Part shown: positions 12,878 to 25,674 of the stretch, one piece after another | How positions within the stretch are numbered: the first letter of the stretch is position 1 | How the letters are laid out: each line of letters opens with the position of its first letter | NCBI GenBank assembly: GCA_951406725.2 | Contig: OX597816.1 | Span: 100,378,001 to 100,442,000 of the forward strand | Source: Octopus vulgaris | Taxonomy: Eukaryota | Length of the DNA stretch: 64,000 nucleotides | Direction: 5' to 3' | Translations under genes and position numbers: made by a program | The notes under the pieces: model-generated | Databases searched by the model: none | Seen by the model: only the letters and a program-made list of their open reading frames with translations | Told to the model about the DNA's origin: nothing

Positions 12878-13029
12878 TATGTGTGTGTGTGTGTGTGTGT
12901 GTGTATACATTTTGCAAATCATATTTGTAATATCCTATGGATAAAGAATATAACAACTAAAGCATGGAGTTTGTGGAAACATACAAAGCAGTATATTAAT
13001 GGATTTATGAATTCCCATCCAAAAGTTCT

Positions 13030-13290
13030 TGTTTGGAAGGAAAGTCTAGAATCAAAGGGCCTTAGAGTTAATTTAGCAAGAACCAAAGTGTTAGTAAGTA
13101 GGAAAGAGGACAAATAACACATCTCTTCAGGTAGATGGCCCTGCTCAATTTGTAGAAAAGGCATAGGTAGTATCTCCATAAGATGTACCCGGTGCAAGCT
13201 TTGGACACATAAGAGGTGCAACAATATCATTGGAAGGTTAACAGGGATAATAGCATGGAAAATGGACATTAAACGATGATGATGATGATA
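13030..13290 (+). mobile_element. Short RTE chimera: RT/Cys-His fragment joined directly to the terminal tail
   Basis: WKESLESKGLRVNLARTK...WPCSICRKGIG...CTRCKLWTHKRC, then agcatggaaaatggacattaaacgatgatgatg. Confidence 0.85.
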
Positions 13291-13680
13291 TATATATAAT
13301 ACAGTTCTATATTTTGTAACTTGCCACAGAAATGCATAGATTACATGTCTTTATAATTTGATTTGAAAATGAGATTGTGAAGATCTCAAAATGTCAACCT
13401 AAAAGAACATAACTGTTTGAAAATGAGGCATAAAAGACGAATAAGGAAATATGAAAAGTGCTCAATGCAAAGGATTAAACTTGAACACACACACGCACAC
13501 ACATTCACACAAGTGTTTATGTATGTGTATTATATGTATGGATGCATGTGTAGGCATGTATATTTAGTTTTGTATACAGATGTGTGTTTATATATAAATA
13601 TATATTGCATATGTAAATAATTTATATCATGTAATATATTTATGTCATCATATAAAGGAAATCATCATAACTAAATAGAT

Positions 13681-13905
13681 TGTATCATTTAAGACAGATG
13701 ACTTTTTAAAGTCCATTAATGTAATATTGCAGCAAAGTATTTATGGAAGTAAAACAGTAATTGCATATAGCTCCCTTGGTTTTAAATCAACTAGAATGAA
13801 ACACAAGACATATTCTAAAGGGAAAACTTTTCAACATAGAAATAGCTGCCATGTTAAATAGTCTACTTTGTGTGACTAATGACATTATCACACAAAATGC
13901 ATGCA
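13681..13905 (-). repeat. 3' LTR of the Gypsy element (right boundary approximate)
   Basis: Starts TGTA; shares aagtccattaatgtaat, gaagtaaaacagta, gccatgttaaatagtct and caaaatgcatgca, in the same order, with 18376-18640. Confidence 0.7.
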
Positions 13906-14699
13906 CCATTGCAGTAATGAAACAATGATAGTACATTTTACATTATTTATGAAAAGATTCTTTCTTCAATATATTTGCTTTGTTTAACATCATTATAAGC
14001 TGTCATTGGCATCATCATTAACTTCATTTGGTGATGAGATATCGTTTGTAATCAGTCATTGCAAGGTAGTTGTCTGATTTCATGATCTTGATTCTGTTGC
14101 AAAGCAGTCATCTGATTTCTTTGACTTGTTTCTGGTCTGACTTTACAATCCTGTTTTGCTTGTCAGAGCATTTCTATTTGAATCATTGAGCACTAGAACT
14201 GTCCTATGTCACCAATGATGAATTTCTAATAGCAAGTTTTTTGGATATTGCTCCAAGTTTAGGTGTATCAATTCCAAAAGTTTTTATTAAAGATCTTCTT
14301 ATCTAACCTCCCAACAATGCCAAAAGGCATTCCATTCTTCCAGCTTTAAGTCACCTTTTTCCATGGCTATACCATTCTTTCTACATGTCTATTTACTGAA
14401 TAGCATAGCAGTGTCTCATTAAGTTTGCAAACTATCTTCTTAAGCCATTTTGTTAGTGTCTTATCACATAAACCAATGTGTATTCAATTCCATTCTTAAC
14501 AAAAATAGTTCTCAAAACATTAATTGCTGTTTTAGCAGTTCAGCCATTAATTCTGATGACTTCTGGCTAATATGGAAATGCATCAATAAGTAAATGAAAT
14601 AAACCAACATCAGGAATACAACCATCATCCAGACACGCACACACACAGACGCATGCACAATAATCCTTTCTACAATAAGCACAACACCTGAAATTTTCA

Positions 14700-14875
14700 A
14701 GAGGAGCTAATTGATTACATTGACCTTGCTACTCAATTGGTACTTACTTAATCAACCACTTTTGTGGTTGAAAGTCAAAGTCGACCTTGCTGGAATTAGA
14801 ACCCAGTCTGTAAAGACAGACAAAATGCCACTAAGTATTTTTCCAGTGTGCCAATGATTCTGCCAGCTCACCACC
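14700..14875 (-). mobile_element. SINE nested in the Gypsy integrase region
   Basis: Reverse complement of the head ggtggtgagctggcagaatc and core ggtcgactttgactttca. Confidence 0.75.
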
Positions 14876-15639
14876 GTACATATATATGTTTGATAATGGC
14901 TTTACTTCAAGTATACTCTGTGACTGTTGGTAGGAATTTAATCTGGCATTTAGGACAATCTTGTATGTAATTTTTGACAGAATTGTATCCACAATGAAGG
15001 TCATCATGTATAGCAGTTCAGTAAATTTGTAGTAACAGACTAGAACAACAATTTCCCCACTGCAAACAATTTCATTATCAATAGTGAATCCTTTGTTTAA
15101 TTGTTTTGGAGGGTCTATCACTGATCAATTACTTCTTCTATTCCTTCAGTCTTACACAAAATTACATCATTCTTCATTTCAGCTTGTAATTCTTCTATTT
15201 TTAGCACATTTATTTTCATTCTACTACTTCTCCCATTCACCCACCTAGCTTCACCACCTGCTGTATTCCTTCCCTTCTGCCTTCCATTCTCTGTTTCCAC
15301 CCTCTTCATAAACCTGTCTGCACATAGTTTATCCCTGTTGGCCCTCTTTCCCATAACATGTCCCCCTAATATCCACTCCCTCTATTTGTGTCCACTCACT
15401 ACATTCCCTCCCTTCCACTTCACACTCTGCTTTCATAGTCTCAGGAAATTACTCATCTATCTTCTCTATCTCTCCTCTCTCTCCCCTCTCACTCTCCTTT
15501 CTCTCTTCTCTCTCTCTCCTTCCATCTGAACTATCTGTGTATCTCCTTTACTACAAGACACCTATTTCTGACCCTCTCTTCATACATTCACCTCTCAACA
15601 GCTGGTAGCAAAAGGCCACCTCAATACTACTACTCGCTT

Positions 15640-15865
15640 AGTTGAGGGGGTTCCGTCTTGCTCATTACTTAATAACCTTATTAATGCTGATGCTATGTAA
15701 AAAGCATCCAATACACTGTGAAGGGGTTTGTGTTAGGAAGGGCATCTTGCCATAGAAACCATATCAAAGCAGAAAATAAAACTTGGCACAGTTTTCTGAT
15801 TTGCCAGCTTCTTTCAAATCATCCAACCCATGCCAGTATGAAAGGAGGACCTTAAATGATGATGA
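15640..15865 (+). mobile_element. RTE-tail-bearing non-autonomous element nested in Gypsy
   Basis: gttaggaagggcatc...tccaacccatgccagtatg...ttaaatgatgatg. Confidence 0.7.
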
Positions 15866-18375
15866 ATGAACAACTGATCTCTCCATTGTATTTACCCTAA
15901 CTTTACTGGCTCGTTGAATTTCATTTTAGATAGAGTAATAACGTGGAAAATTGTATTGCCTTCTACATATAAAATCTCATAGTCACAAGAAGATAAATGA
16001 AATATCTGCTGTAATATTCTAGTAGATGCTGTTTGACAGCACTTTTCTGGCATCGAATATGAACTGTAAAGGCTTATACTCAGTTCTCAAGTAGAATTGT
16101 TGTGCTAATAGTAAGTGCTGAACTTTATACATAGTTCAGACAATTGCCAAAGCATCTTTTTCAGTATGAGAATACTTATGTTCAGTTTCAGATGGATATT
16201 ATGTTAAATATAGGACTGCACTTGCCTTCTGAAACAGTAGATGATATATTGACTGTTGATTGGCATCTATAATGACTATGACCTTTTTTCCTTGTGTCAA
16301 ATATCTAATGTTAGATAGCCAAATTTAATGTTTCAAACAGATTAGTGTGTTCCATCTATAAAAATGCAGTGTGCTTTTCTCATAGTTTTAAAAACCCACA
16401 GACCTCAGAATATACTGGAGTAGATTGATCATGAAAATTATTTCCCAAAATGACTGCAGTTCTATCCTACCTATTCTCTGAGAATTTTAGAGCAAATATC
16501 TTTTTCACTAACATTGTCTACTTGAATACCATATCTGGAGATTTTATATCCTTGGAAGGTCAATTTTTCTGCATGAAAGATCCTTGTTTCATTAATAGAC
16601 TTACCATGGGAGATGAGATTTTGTAAAATTGCTCTTACTTTCTGCTCCAGGTCATCTGCAGTGTGACCATCAATGCAAATGTCATCCTGCTAAATTATTA
16701 TACCAGTGACATCTAATACATTTTCCATGGCACATTGAGATATGGCGCTTGCTGTTTTTATATTGCATAGCAAATCCAAGAAGTGTGTTCATTGTTGTTA
16801 TTTCCAGAGCTTCATAGAAATTTGGATTTGGTAGTATGCTCTAACCAAATTAATCTTTATGAAGCATTTCATACATACTAGCTTGTGCAATGTTGTTTCA
16901 ATAATTAGCATAGGGTAAAAGTTAGTACGTATATTGGGATTTATTCTCATGTGGTCTATGCAAATATGTAAATTGCTACAGGACTTGCATAGCACAATCA
17001 AAGGTGAAGCCTACTTAATTTCTCCTGAGTTAAGTCTTTTCATTCAGCCATTATGTTTCGTTCCCTTTCATTCTTGTTAAAACAAAATGATGAATATGTA
17101 CAGGAAGTTGTGTGGAGTTGTAATATTCAGCTTTAGTATTATTTTTCAATTTGATTTCAGTTTCATAATATTTTAAGCATCAGTTATTGTGAGATTGTAT
17201 GCATTGAATAAGTGAGGAACTATTACATCTTAACACATCCACTCTGATTAAACCATTCATTTCATAACAGTCTGAAACAATAACAAAAGCTATAATTGCT
17301 TTGCTCTGGTCTCCAATACAGATTCAAACTTCATCAACAATTTGATCATTGAATCATCAAACTATCTGAGGCTGACATTGCAACATTCTAAATGTAGAGA
17401 TGTTGATATCATCCTCAGGAGGATAGTAACATCACCACCAGTATCTATTTGCATCTGCACTTTAACATTAGTTAATTCAATAGGGACTAGGAAGTTAGCA
17501 TCGCTGCTCCCAATATTGCAAACATTGCTTGATTCCTGATCACTAACTGAATCAGTATCAACTTCATACACTTTCTTAAATGTTTTCTTAGAAGATCATT
17601 TGAAAGAATTGAAAATAGTTCTTATATATATATATATATATATTGCTTTTTTTCCCAAATGCAAGACACTTCCCATATTAAGGCTGTAACCACAAGATTT
17701 ACATGTATCCCTTTTCTGATGATTTTTGTTAACATACAACATTGACAATTCTTTTAATATAGTAGTATTATCACTAATTGGAACCAAAGTAAAATCATTT
17801 ATCATCTGAAACTGCTAAATTTGGCTAACACAACCTAGCAACAACATTTTCCCAAACTGTTGTGTTCTAATATTTTAGAGCAATGTGCTGAATTTATTAA
17901 TTCATCAATTAGCAGCATTTGTATGAGATCATTTTCAGCAGATTGCTCTTCTGCCATCAACTCATCAAATTTCTAGAAACATGTGGCTTCTCTCAATATT
18001 TTTATAATTTGAGTGTATTAGTTTAAATGTCATTTGCTTCAGAGCCAGAAAGTATGTCTTCAGCAATAGCCAGCTTCATCTTCAGTCTTATTTTAGTTTC
18101 TTTTATTTCTATAAGTCCATCTCTTCCAACACATTACAACACACTTTTACAGGGACTTTTTATAATATTCTCGACTCCTGCTTTAGAGAAGAGATCAGTT
18201 ATTCCTTTACTAGCAGCAGGGGTCTTGAGCATCTTTCACTTAGCACTAACTGAAAGACTTCCTAACAAGGCTTCAGTCAAATAAATATCAGGCATTGTTA
18301 AAATCTCCAAATCTTGTCTGTTGTACTAATGTTATGTCATCAATTAGAGGAAATTATTACTGCATAATTGCCAGT

Positions 18376-18640
18376 TGTAGTTATTATGCAGGACAGAGAG
18401 CCTTGTTCAAGTCCATTAATGTAATCCTGCAGCATTTACTGAAGTAAAACAGTAGTCACTTGTGGCCCCTTAGTTCCACTGGCTTTAATCAAATGAATAA
18501 CTGAGTAAAACAGTCACGCAAATGACATATAGATGAAAATACTCTGAACAGTTTAAGGGTAGCCATGTTAAATAGTCTTCATCATATGACCACTGAGGTG
18601 GGTCAAACAATATTGTCATGCAAAATGCATGCAAAATAAA
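18376..18640 (-). repeat. 5' LTR of the Gypsy element with adjacent PBS-like TGGCA
   Basis: TGTAG at 18376 (CA end on the minus strand); tgcca at 18369-18373 reads TGGCA just after the LTR on the minus strand. Confidence 0.7.
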
Positions 18641-18787
18641 ACAATTATATATATAAATATATGTATGCATGTATAAGTGAACATTATTATTCCTAAAAAT
18701 AATAACGTTAGTGGCTGTGAGTGTAAAAGCCATATAGGCAAAATTAATAACTATATATAAGATATATGTATATATTTGTATATACTA

Positions 18788-19112
18788 GGGTACTATATAA
18801 GCACTTACTTCGCTAAAAATAGAAGTCAAAAATCTGCTAAGCCACAGAAGAATCACTAAATTAAGACAGGCATGATAGGAAAAAATTTTAGTGAATAAGA
18901 ATAGCATCTTACCTCTGCAAGGGATGTTGAAGGAAAGTCAGTTAATCTGATATCATTATTTCGAATTTAGCGCCAAAGGCAACTGATTCTCTTTCAGTCA
19001 GATCTGCCAGAGACCAACTAATAGTACTCACTGCTATCATGCCTGTAATTTATTTGAGTGCTCGAACACTTTAAAACAAATGAACTATGCAAAATATGTA
19101 TGTAGTAGTACC
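18788..19112. mobile_element. Foldback/MITE-like non-autonomous DNA element
   Basis: Terminal ggtacta...tagtacc, perfect internal inverted arms acaggcatgatag (18866-18878) / ctatcatgcctgt (19034-19046), and gaaagtcagtt / aactgattctc. Confidence 0.6.
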
Positions 19113-19391
19113 TCTGTTTTTGAACAATTCTGATCACGAATAAATCGTGCTTTATCTCCTATCTTTCTCATAGTCATTTAATACAGTAGTACGTCAGTTT
19201 ATAAATGTCTCTAATGTGCTTTATATATATATATATATATCCTGTAAATAATAATAATGATATTTTTCTATAAGCTTAAAGCTTATATAAAAATACCATT
19301 ATTATTATTTACAGGATTGTAAACTCACCACTGTATAAAAAACCATTCACACCAATATATATATATATATATATATAAATATATATATATA

Positions 19392-19530
19392 TCATTTTTC
19401 ATTTCATTTCATCTAGTTTCAGCTCACGAGCTGTGGCCAAGCTGGGTCACTGCCATTCGGTGTTGCTACATGATTTTACTTCACGAATGCTTTTTAGCAA
19501 TTGACATTTGGTGCATGAGAGAGTTTGATG
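19392..19530 (-). mobile_element. Inverted 3'-end fragment of the CR1-like family
   Basis: The reverse complement matches 20487-20605 (tctctcatgcaccaaat...gtagcaacacc...ggccacagctc...agctgaaacta). Confidence 0.85.
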
Positions 19531-19551
19531 TATAGTTTTATATATATATAT

Positions 19552-20630
19552 TTTGGGACCACTACTGTTCATAATGGCCCTCTCAGACATGCCCTCAGCC
19601 ACGCGGAGAGCCACGATCACAAGTTATGCAGATGATACAAAAGTTTCACAGGCAATACAGAACCCTGAAGACACTAAGCACCTGCAATATGAGCTGGACG
19701 AAATATACAAGTGGGCTGAAAAGAATAGCATGCAGTTCAATGCTGAAAAGTTTCAAGCTTTATACTATCAGCATGCAAAACTGAATGCAATACCCAAGGA
19801 ATACACTGGACCCGGAGGGATTGCAATCCCAGAGGCACAATCAGTGCGTGTCCTGGGTATTCACATGAGTGATGACGCGACCTTTCATGTACATGTTGCT
19901 AAACTGACAATGAAATGCAGACGGCTGGCTGGATGGATTCTTAGAACCTTTAGAACAAGAGAACAAGAAACCATGATGGTCCTCTGGAAGACACTTGTCC
20001 TAAGCCACTTTGACTATTGCTCTCAGCTATGGTCACCATCCAGTGTCAAGTTGATCACAAAACTTGAGGCGATCCAACGAAGCTACACGAAGAAGGTAGC
20101 CTCTATGCAGAATGTAAGCTACTGGGAAAGACTCAAGAGATTAAAATTATATTCCCTGGAGCGTAGGCGGGAAAGATATGCCATAATATACATCTGGAAG
20201 ATCCTGGAGGGAAGTGTCCTGAACTTTGGCATCAAGAGTTACGCAAATGCCAGAACTGGGCGCCACTGCGTGGTGCCTAGGACTCCAAACTTGCCATCAA
20301 GATGTAGGACAAGATTCTGTGATAGCCTGGGCTTCCGAGGCCCACAGCTCTTCAATATCCTCCCGAAGAACCTGAGAGACCTGCATGGGGTGGATACAGA
20401 TGTCTTTAAAATGGAGCTGGATCTCTTCCTGTCAGGTGTCCCAGATGAACCAACTTCACGGCAGGAGGGGCAGATGAGGGCAGCTGCATCGAACTCTCTC
20501 ATGCACCAAATAGCAGTTGCTAGAAAGCCTCCATGAAGTGAAACCAAGTAGCAACACCAAATGGCGGTGCCCCAGCATGGCCACAGCTCATAAGCTGAAA
20601 CTAAAATCAATCAATCAATCAATCAATCAA
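19552..20630 (+). mobile_element. 5'-truncated CR1/Jockey-group LINE with an uninterrupted 327-codon ORF2 C-terminus (19553-20536)
   Basis: LGPLLF, SYADDTK, LGIHM, DYCSQLWSP and LKLYSLERRRERY motifs; (ATCA)n tail; flanked by (TA)n on both sides. Confidence 0.92.
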
Positions 20631-20920
20631 TATATATATATAAAACATGATTTATTTGTGATCAGAGTAGTTCGAAAACCAAGGTACTACTCTGTGTGTA
20701 TATATATATATAGAGAGAGAGAGAGGCACTTATGTGGTTAAACAAATTAGACATATTAAATATAACAGTTTGGGTATGAAATACAAAATATGTATGTGTG
20801 AATGCATCTGTATATTGTGGAGAATTTTGACAATTTGAAATGAATTGAATGAGTATGAATACCGGCCTTTGAAATTTGTTTTTCTCTTTCTTAATTTTAT
20901 ATATATATGCACACGTGTGT

Positions 20921-21231
20921 GTAGGCATAATGGTTCAGTGGTTAGGGCAGCGGACTTGTGGTCGTAGGATCGTGGTTTTGATTCCCAGGCTGGGCGTTGT
21001 GAGTGTTTATTGAGCGAAAACACCTAAACCTCCATGAGGCTCTGGCAGCGGGTGGTGGTGATCTCTGCTGTACTCTTTCGCTACAACTTTCTCTCACTCT
21101 TTCTTCTGTTGGCCTGCTCGCTTAGCCAGCGGGGTGGCATCATTTGAAAGCTAAAACAATGCAAAGCGCATTGTAACCAACAATGTGTAGCAACATCTGG
21201 TAGCCTGGTCAGCCACGGTGATCACGGTGAT
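20921..21231 (+). mobile_element. tRNA-derived SINE, apparently full length
   Basis: A-box-like tggttcagtggttagggc and B-box-like ggttttgattccc, a unique body, and an end running into (TA)n. Resembles described octopus tRNA-derived SINEs. Confidence 0.8.
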
Positions 21232-24200
21232 ATATATATGTATGTACGTATGTATATATGTATATATACATTCAATTTGAATTATGATCTGAAATCTAAG
21301 ATCTTTCTTACCCCGATGACAGAGGCTCGATAAATCTAATGTTGACTGTTTCCATTATGGCAGCATATTGTGATGAACTACATCTACCAGCATTATGATG
21401 GATTTCCAAGCCCCCAGAAAGGCTGTTGGATTTATAACACCTTTTTTCCTCCCCTTTAATTTTCTCTGTCATTTGTACTCTTGGATTTATTAATATAAAT
21501 ATCTGTATATTCATACTTTAAATATTCATTGTCTGGAAGTCTCCACTTTTTGTTTCCCTCATTTTGCATGTATGCATATTTATATATTTTGTGTTTTATG
21601 TATTTTGTATATTTTGTATTTCTAATTTGTTTATCCGCATAATTGCATCCATATTGACTCAATGTAATCCCTCTTATAGCCATTCTTTCTTTACTCCGTA
21701 GAATTTACCCCCTGTAAAGACATCAGAGTCTAAGTGGAATCATTAAGCACTACTAAGTGTCTTCTATACTGAAAATCTCTGGAGCTCATCCTGTTGACTC
21801 TGTGTGTGTGTGTGTGTGTATAAAGTATTCTTTTACTTGTTCACTTAGATTGTAGCAATACTGGAGTACTGCTTTGAAAAATTTAACCGATTAAGTCAAT
21901 TCAAATTCTTTAACATTTCAATGTAAAAATTTTGTATTTCCATATGGGAATTCAGAATCTAAAGCAGATTATGTAATTTCCATTAATTTTGATATTTGTT
22001 ACAATATAGTTTCAGACAGGTCATCTTAATGCATTGATTGCTATAATATATATTCATATAGGATAAGTGCAGAATTATTGTCAAATCTCTACTCTTTATT
22101 CACAATATTTTTGTTGAATATCACTTTTGCTTTTCACAATCTCCTTGATCTCTTCAGTTTTGTATATGATCATTAACTAACTGTTTTCAGCATTTTTATT
22201 TACTTCACTGCCAGGTGTTGTGATATTTGTAACTATAATATTAATTCTTATTAGACTTAGAGTTTCACAGTATTGATTACATGCATTTTTTTACTTACCC
22301 AGAAAAATGTTCTCTACTTTATGAGTGATTAGCTATTCATTGAACACTCAGATCTGAATTAGATTTAATTGCAATTATTAATGTATCTAAGTTAATTAAT
22401 TGCTCCACACATATTTCTTTCAATAATTTGATAATAGAAATTTTCTAGAGCCAATCAAAATCATGTGACTGGTTTTTTCCCCCTAGTTTCAACTATAGTA
22501 GTCATATGCATGCTTTCTATCACAAGAAATTCTTATCAATTCTTAATGGCACTTATTTTATTGGTTTCAGAGAATTGAAATAGCTATAATCAAGATTAAG
22601 TGAACAGAATGCTGAAGAATCAAATTTTAATATTTGAGATTCAAGTTTAATTCTTTACTGTTCTTTGATATGAAGTATTCTCTTCATATTTCAAATAAGC
22701 AAGATATGAATTTTGATTATATTAACTACATCAACACCTTGTGGCTTAGGAGAAGAAACTAGTTGTCATACAGATTGTGCAGAAATTAGATTTTTAGCAT
22801 GGTGTGCATTGTTACAATTTACAGTCTGTTCAAAGTTGCTCTGTGTTCAAGTCTGTATACTATTAGGTACCATATTGCTTCATATAATGAAGGTTAAAAC
22901 ACAGAACATCAGCAAAAATCCAATCAATACATTATTACTCTAAGGCATAATCTCAGTAATACATGCAAATAATTATGTTTCGTAATTTTTAAATTTTACA
23001 TCTCTCTTTCCTCTCTTGTCTTTTAGATATTTTTATTTATTATTAGGATAATTCTTAACAACAGTGATGTAAATTATTTTAGTGGTGATAGTACTAGTAA
23101 TACTTTTCATACCATATTAAAAAAGTATCAAATTTATAAGGAATGTTTCTCAGGAACATTGCTATACCATGTCTCCATAATTCCCTTCTTATAATAGAAC
23201 CCGCTGTCTCATTCTCTCTCTCCCCCCCCCTCTCTTTCTCCCCCTCCCCCTCTCCACACAGACACATATATAGTCATGTATCATGAAAATTACATTGATA
23301 GATAAATGAAATTGTGTTGCTTATACTGATGAGAATTAAAGCTAGTATGTAGACAATTCTCTTAGAATTTGCAGTTCAGCACTATACTCATCTTAATTAT
23401 GATAATAGTGGTTTCTGACAAACACAAGAAGATACAGATATCTTATTCCTGAGGAATGGGAATTGGTAACTTTGATTCTGTTTCAAACATCTTTTGAAGT
23501 GTAAATGGATACAATTGGCAGTAATAAGCAAGTCATTGATTCAATTTACTGACAACTTAATACAAACCACTAATACAATTAAATTAGTAATAATAATACG
23601 TTTAATAAAACTTCTGTTATGTGTCTATACTGTGTATGAATTGCTTTAGTGTTGTTAATTGTGTCCACTGAAATTAGGATGAATTTTCGAATGTAATGAA
23701 TAGGACAAAATAGGCAATATTCAAGAGACCATGATGGAAGTTGATTATGTTTCTTTATTATTAGAAGTGCAGATACATTTAGTGGGGAAAACACTAGTAT
23801 ATTACTCAAATGTTGTCGTTATTGATTTCTGCAATGAGATTTGAATGTGAATAATTGCTGCATGCATGTTTGCTTGGAGGAGGTTCAAAATGCTTCCAAA
23901 GGGAAATACAAAAATATGGATTCCTGCAATATTGATTCCTACAGTAAAATTTGAAGGTTAATAATTCTTGTATGCTCATCAGTAGAAAGATATACTTGGA
24001 GGATGTTTAAAATATTTCCAGAGGGAAATATGAAAATGTAGGTAGAACATTTGAGGCCTTAAAGGCTTTAAAATATGCAAAATGAGGACATTTTAGAATG
24101 TATCTAGATTTTCCTAGTAAGGAAATTTACACTTTGTTAGAAAATGCATTTTGAAGTATGCATTAAACTCTTTTAAAAAGTTAACTATATATTAATAAAC

Positions 24201-25674
24201 ACACACAGAAAAAGAAAGAAGTAACAGTGAGAGAGAATAGTTTATATTATTCTCAGCATAGATGATGTAATCTCAGCATAGGTTACATCCATATAGTCTT
24301 TTCTTATTCATGGCTTCTTTCCTGAAATTTACAAAATCCATCCAAAACACGCACCTGTCTCCTTTCATTTGGTATATCTTTGTGTAGTGAAAACTGAAAT
24401 TATTTTGCAGTTTGAATTATTAAAATTCCATCTCTGTTGTATGTTATCTCCTACTGCACAACCACAGTAGTTCAAATTATGCAGCAACATTAAACTTATC
24501 CATTCGGTTTGATCTGCTAGTGTGTGAGTGATTAACTGTTTCCCTACCAATCTCTTTAAAACTAATAAGCATAGAAAGAAAAATGAAATGACAGAAGTTC
24601 GTCCCAGTGGATTATTAAATTGTCCATTATACTATAGATATTTCTACAGTTCATTAACATAACTTTAATATTATTGTGATATGTTTATTTCTTGCCCTCT
24701 ATCATGTTTTGAGGTTAGGATTCAACACAATAATCTAAATTCTTTTGCTGCTCACTAAATTTTGGAGGAAATATATATAATTTTTTTTATTGAAATATGA
24801 TAATTGGATTTATTGCCTTTCATAAGCAAATAAAGTAATGAAAAAACACCATTGACTGATCACATAAGTATGTTAAACTACAAACTCATCTGAGTTTCTA
24901 CCTCAAATGTATATTTTCCCAATCTTTTATCAGTTATATAAGATGTAAGAATGATGCAAGTTTTGAACAATTTCATTTCTTTGGAATTTTTTATGTCATA
25001 GAGTTCTTAATATCCCTGCAACTGTTTTCATTTTTGCTCTTGAAGTTGATTTCATTTCGAGGGCTATAGCCAGGCTGAGGCAAATGAGGCAGTTACCTCC
25101 TCTGATCTTCATAAACTGATGATAAAAGTGAACCTAGTTTTGAAAATCATGGGATGTTAAAATATTTGTTTTTGTGTTATTTTGATTTTATCAAGGAGTT
25201 GATAAATAATAATGACTTTAGATAGTAAATTTAGGTTTAGGCTAATATAATGAATGATTTTCCCAGTGGTAGTTAAAGCACGGAAAGTGATTACTTATTG
25301 AATGTTCTCTCACTCCCTGACCCCAAGTATTTTGGCCTTCTGGCTGTGGGCTATATTTAGGCATGACTGTCTGCCTACCTAGGAATTCCTGCCATTGCTC
25401 AGAGCTATTTTTGAATACCTGTGAGATCACACTCCTCATAGTAGGGTGAGGAAGGAAGAGAGGTTTTAGATTGGTAACTGGTGTATTTATTGCAACCATT
25501 TGCTCAACATCACACTTAAAAGATGTATATTTGGAAGGATCCTACTTGTAAACATGCAAAAATAAGCAATTATTTCAAACAAATACCATCAAACATGTAA
25601 GTATCCTTAATATACCGAAAAAGGGTAAAACAAATTGTTTCCTGTAAAACCTGAACTGTTCCTCCTCTGTGGCC

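Larger units (their letters stand above)
13681..18640 (-). mobile_element. Old, near full-length Ty3/Gypsy LTR retrotransposon with nested insertions
   Basis: Minus-strand order: protease QIDTGGDVTI (~17430-17460), RT KINLVRAYYQI (~16830-16860) and QDDI (~16680), RNase H SETEHKYSHTEKDALAIV (~16140-16195), integrase LIDAFPY*PEVI..VLRTIFVKNG (~14490-14590). Diverged direct repeats at both ends. Confidence 0.85.

Noticed and set aside
20921-21000. tRNA gene
   Set aside because: The tRNA-like head lacks a proper acceptor stem and continues into a SINE body.
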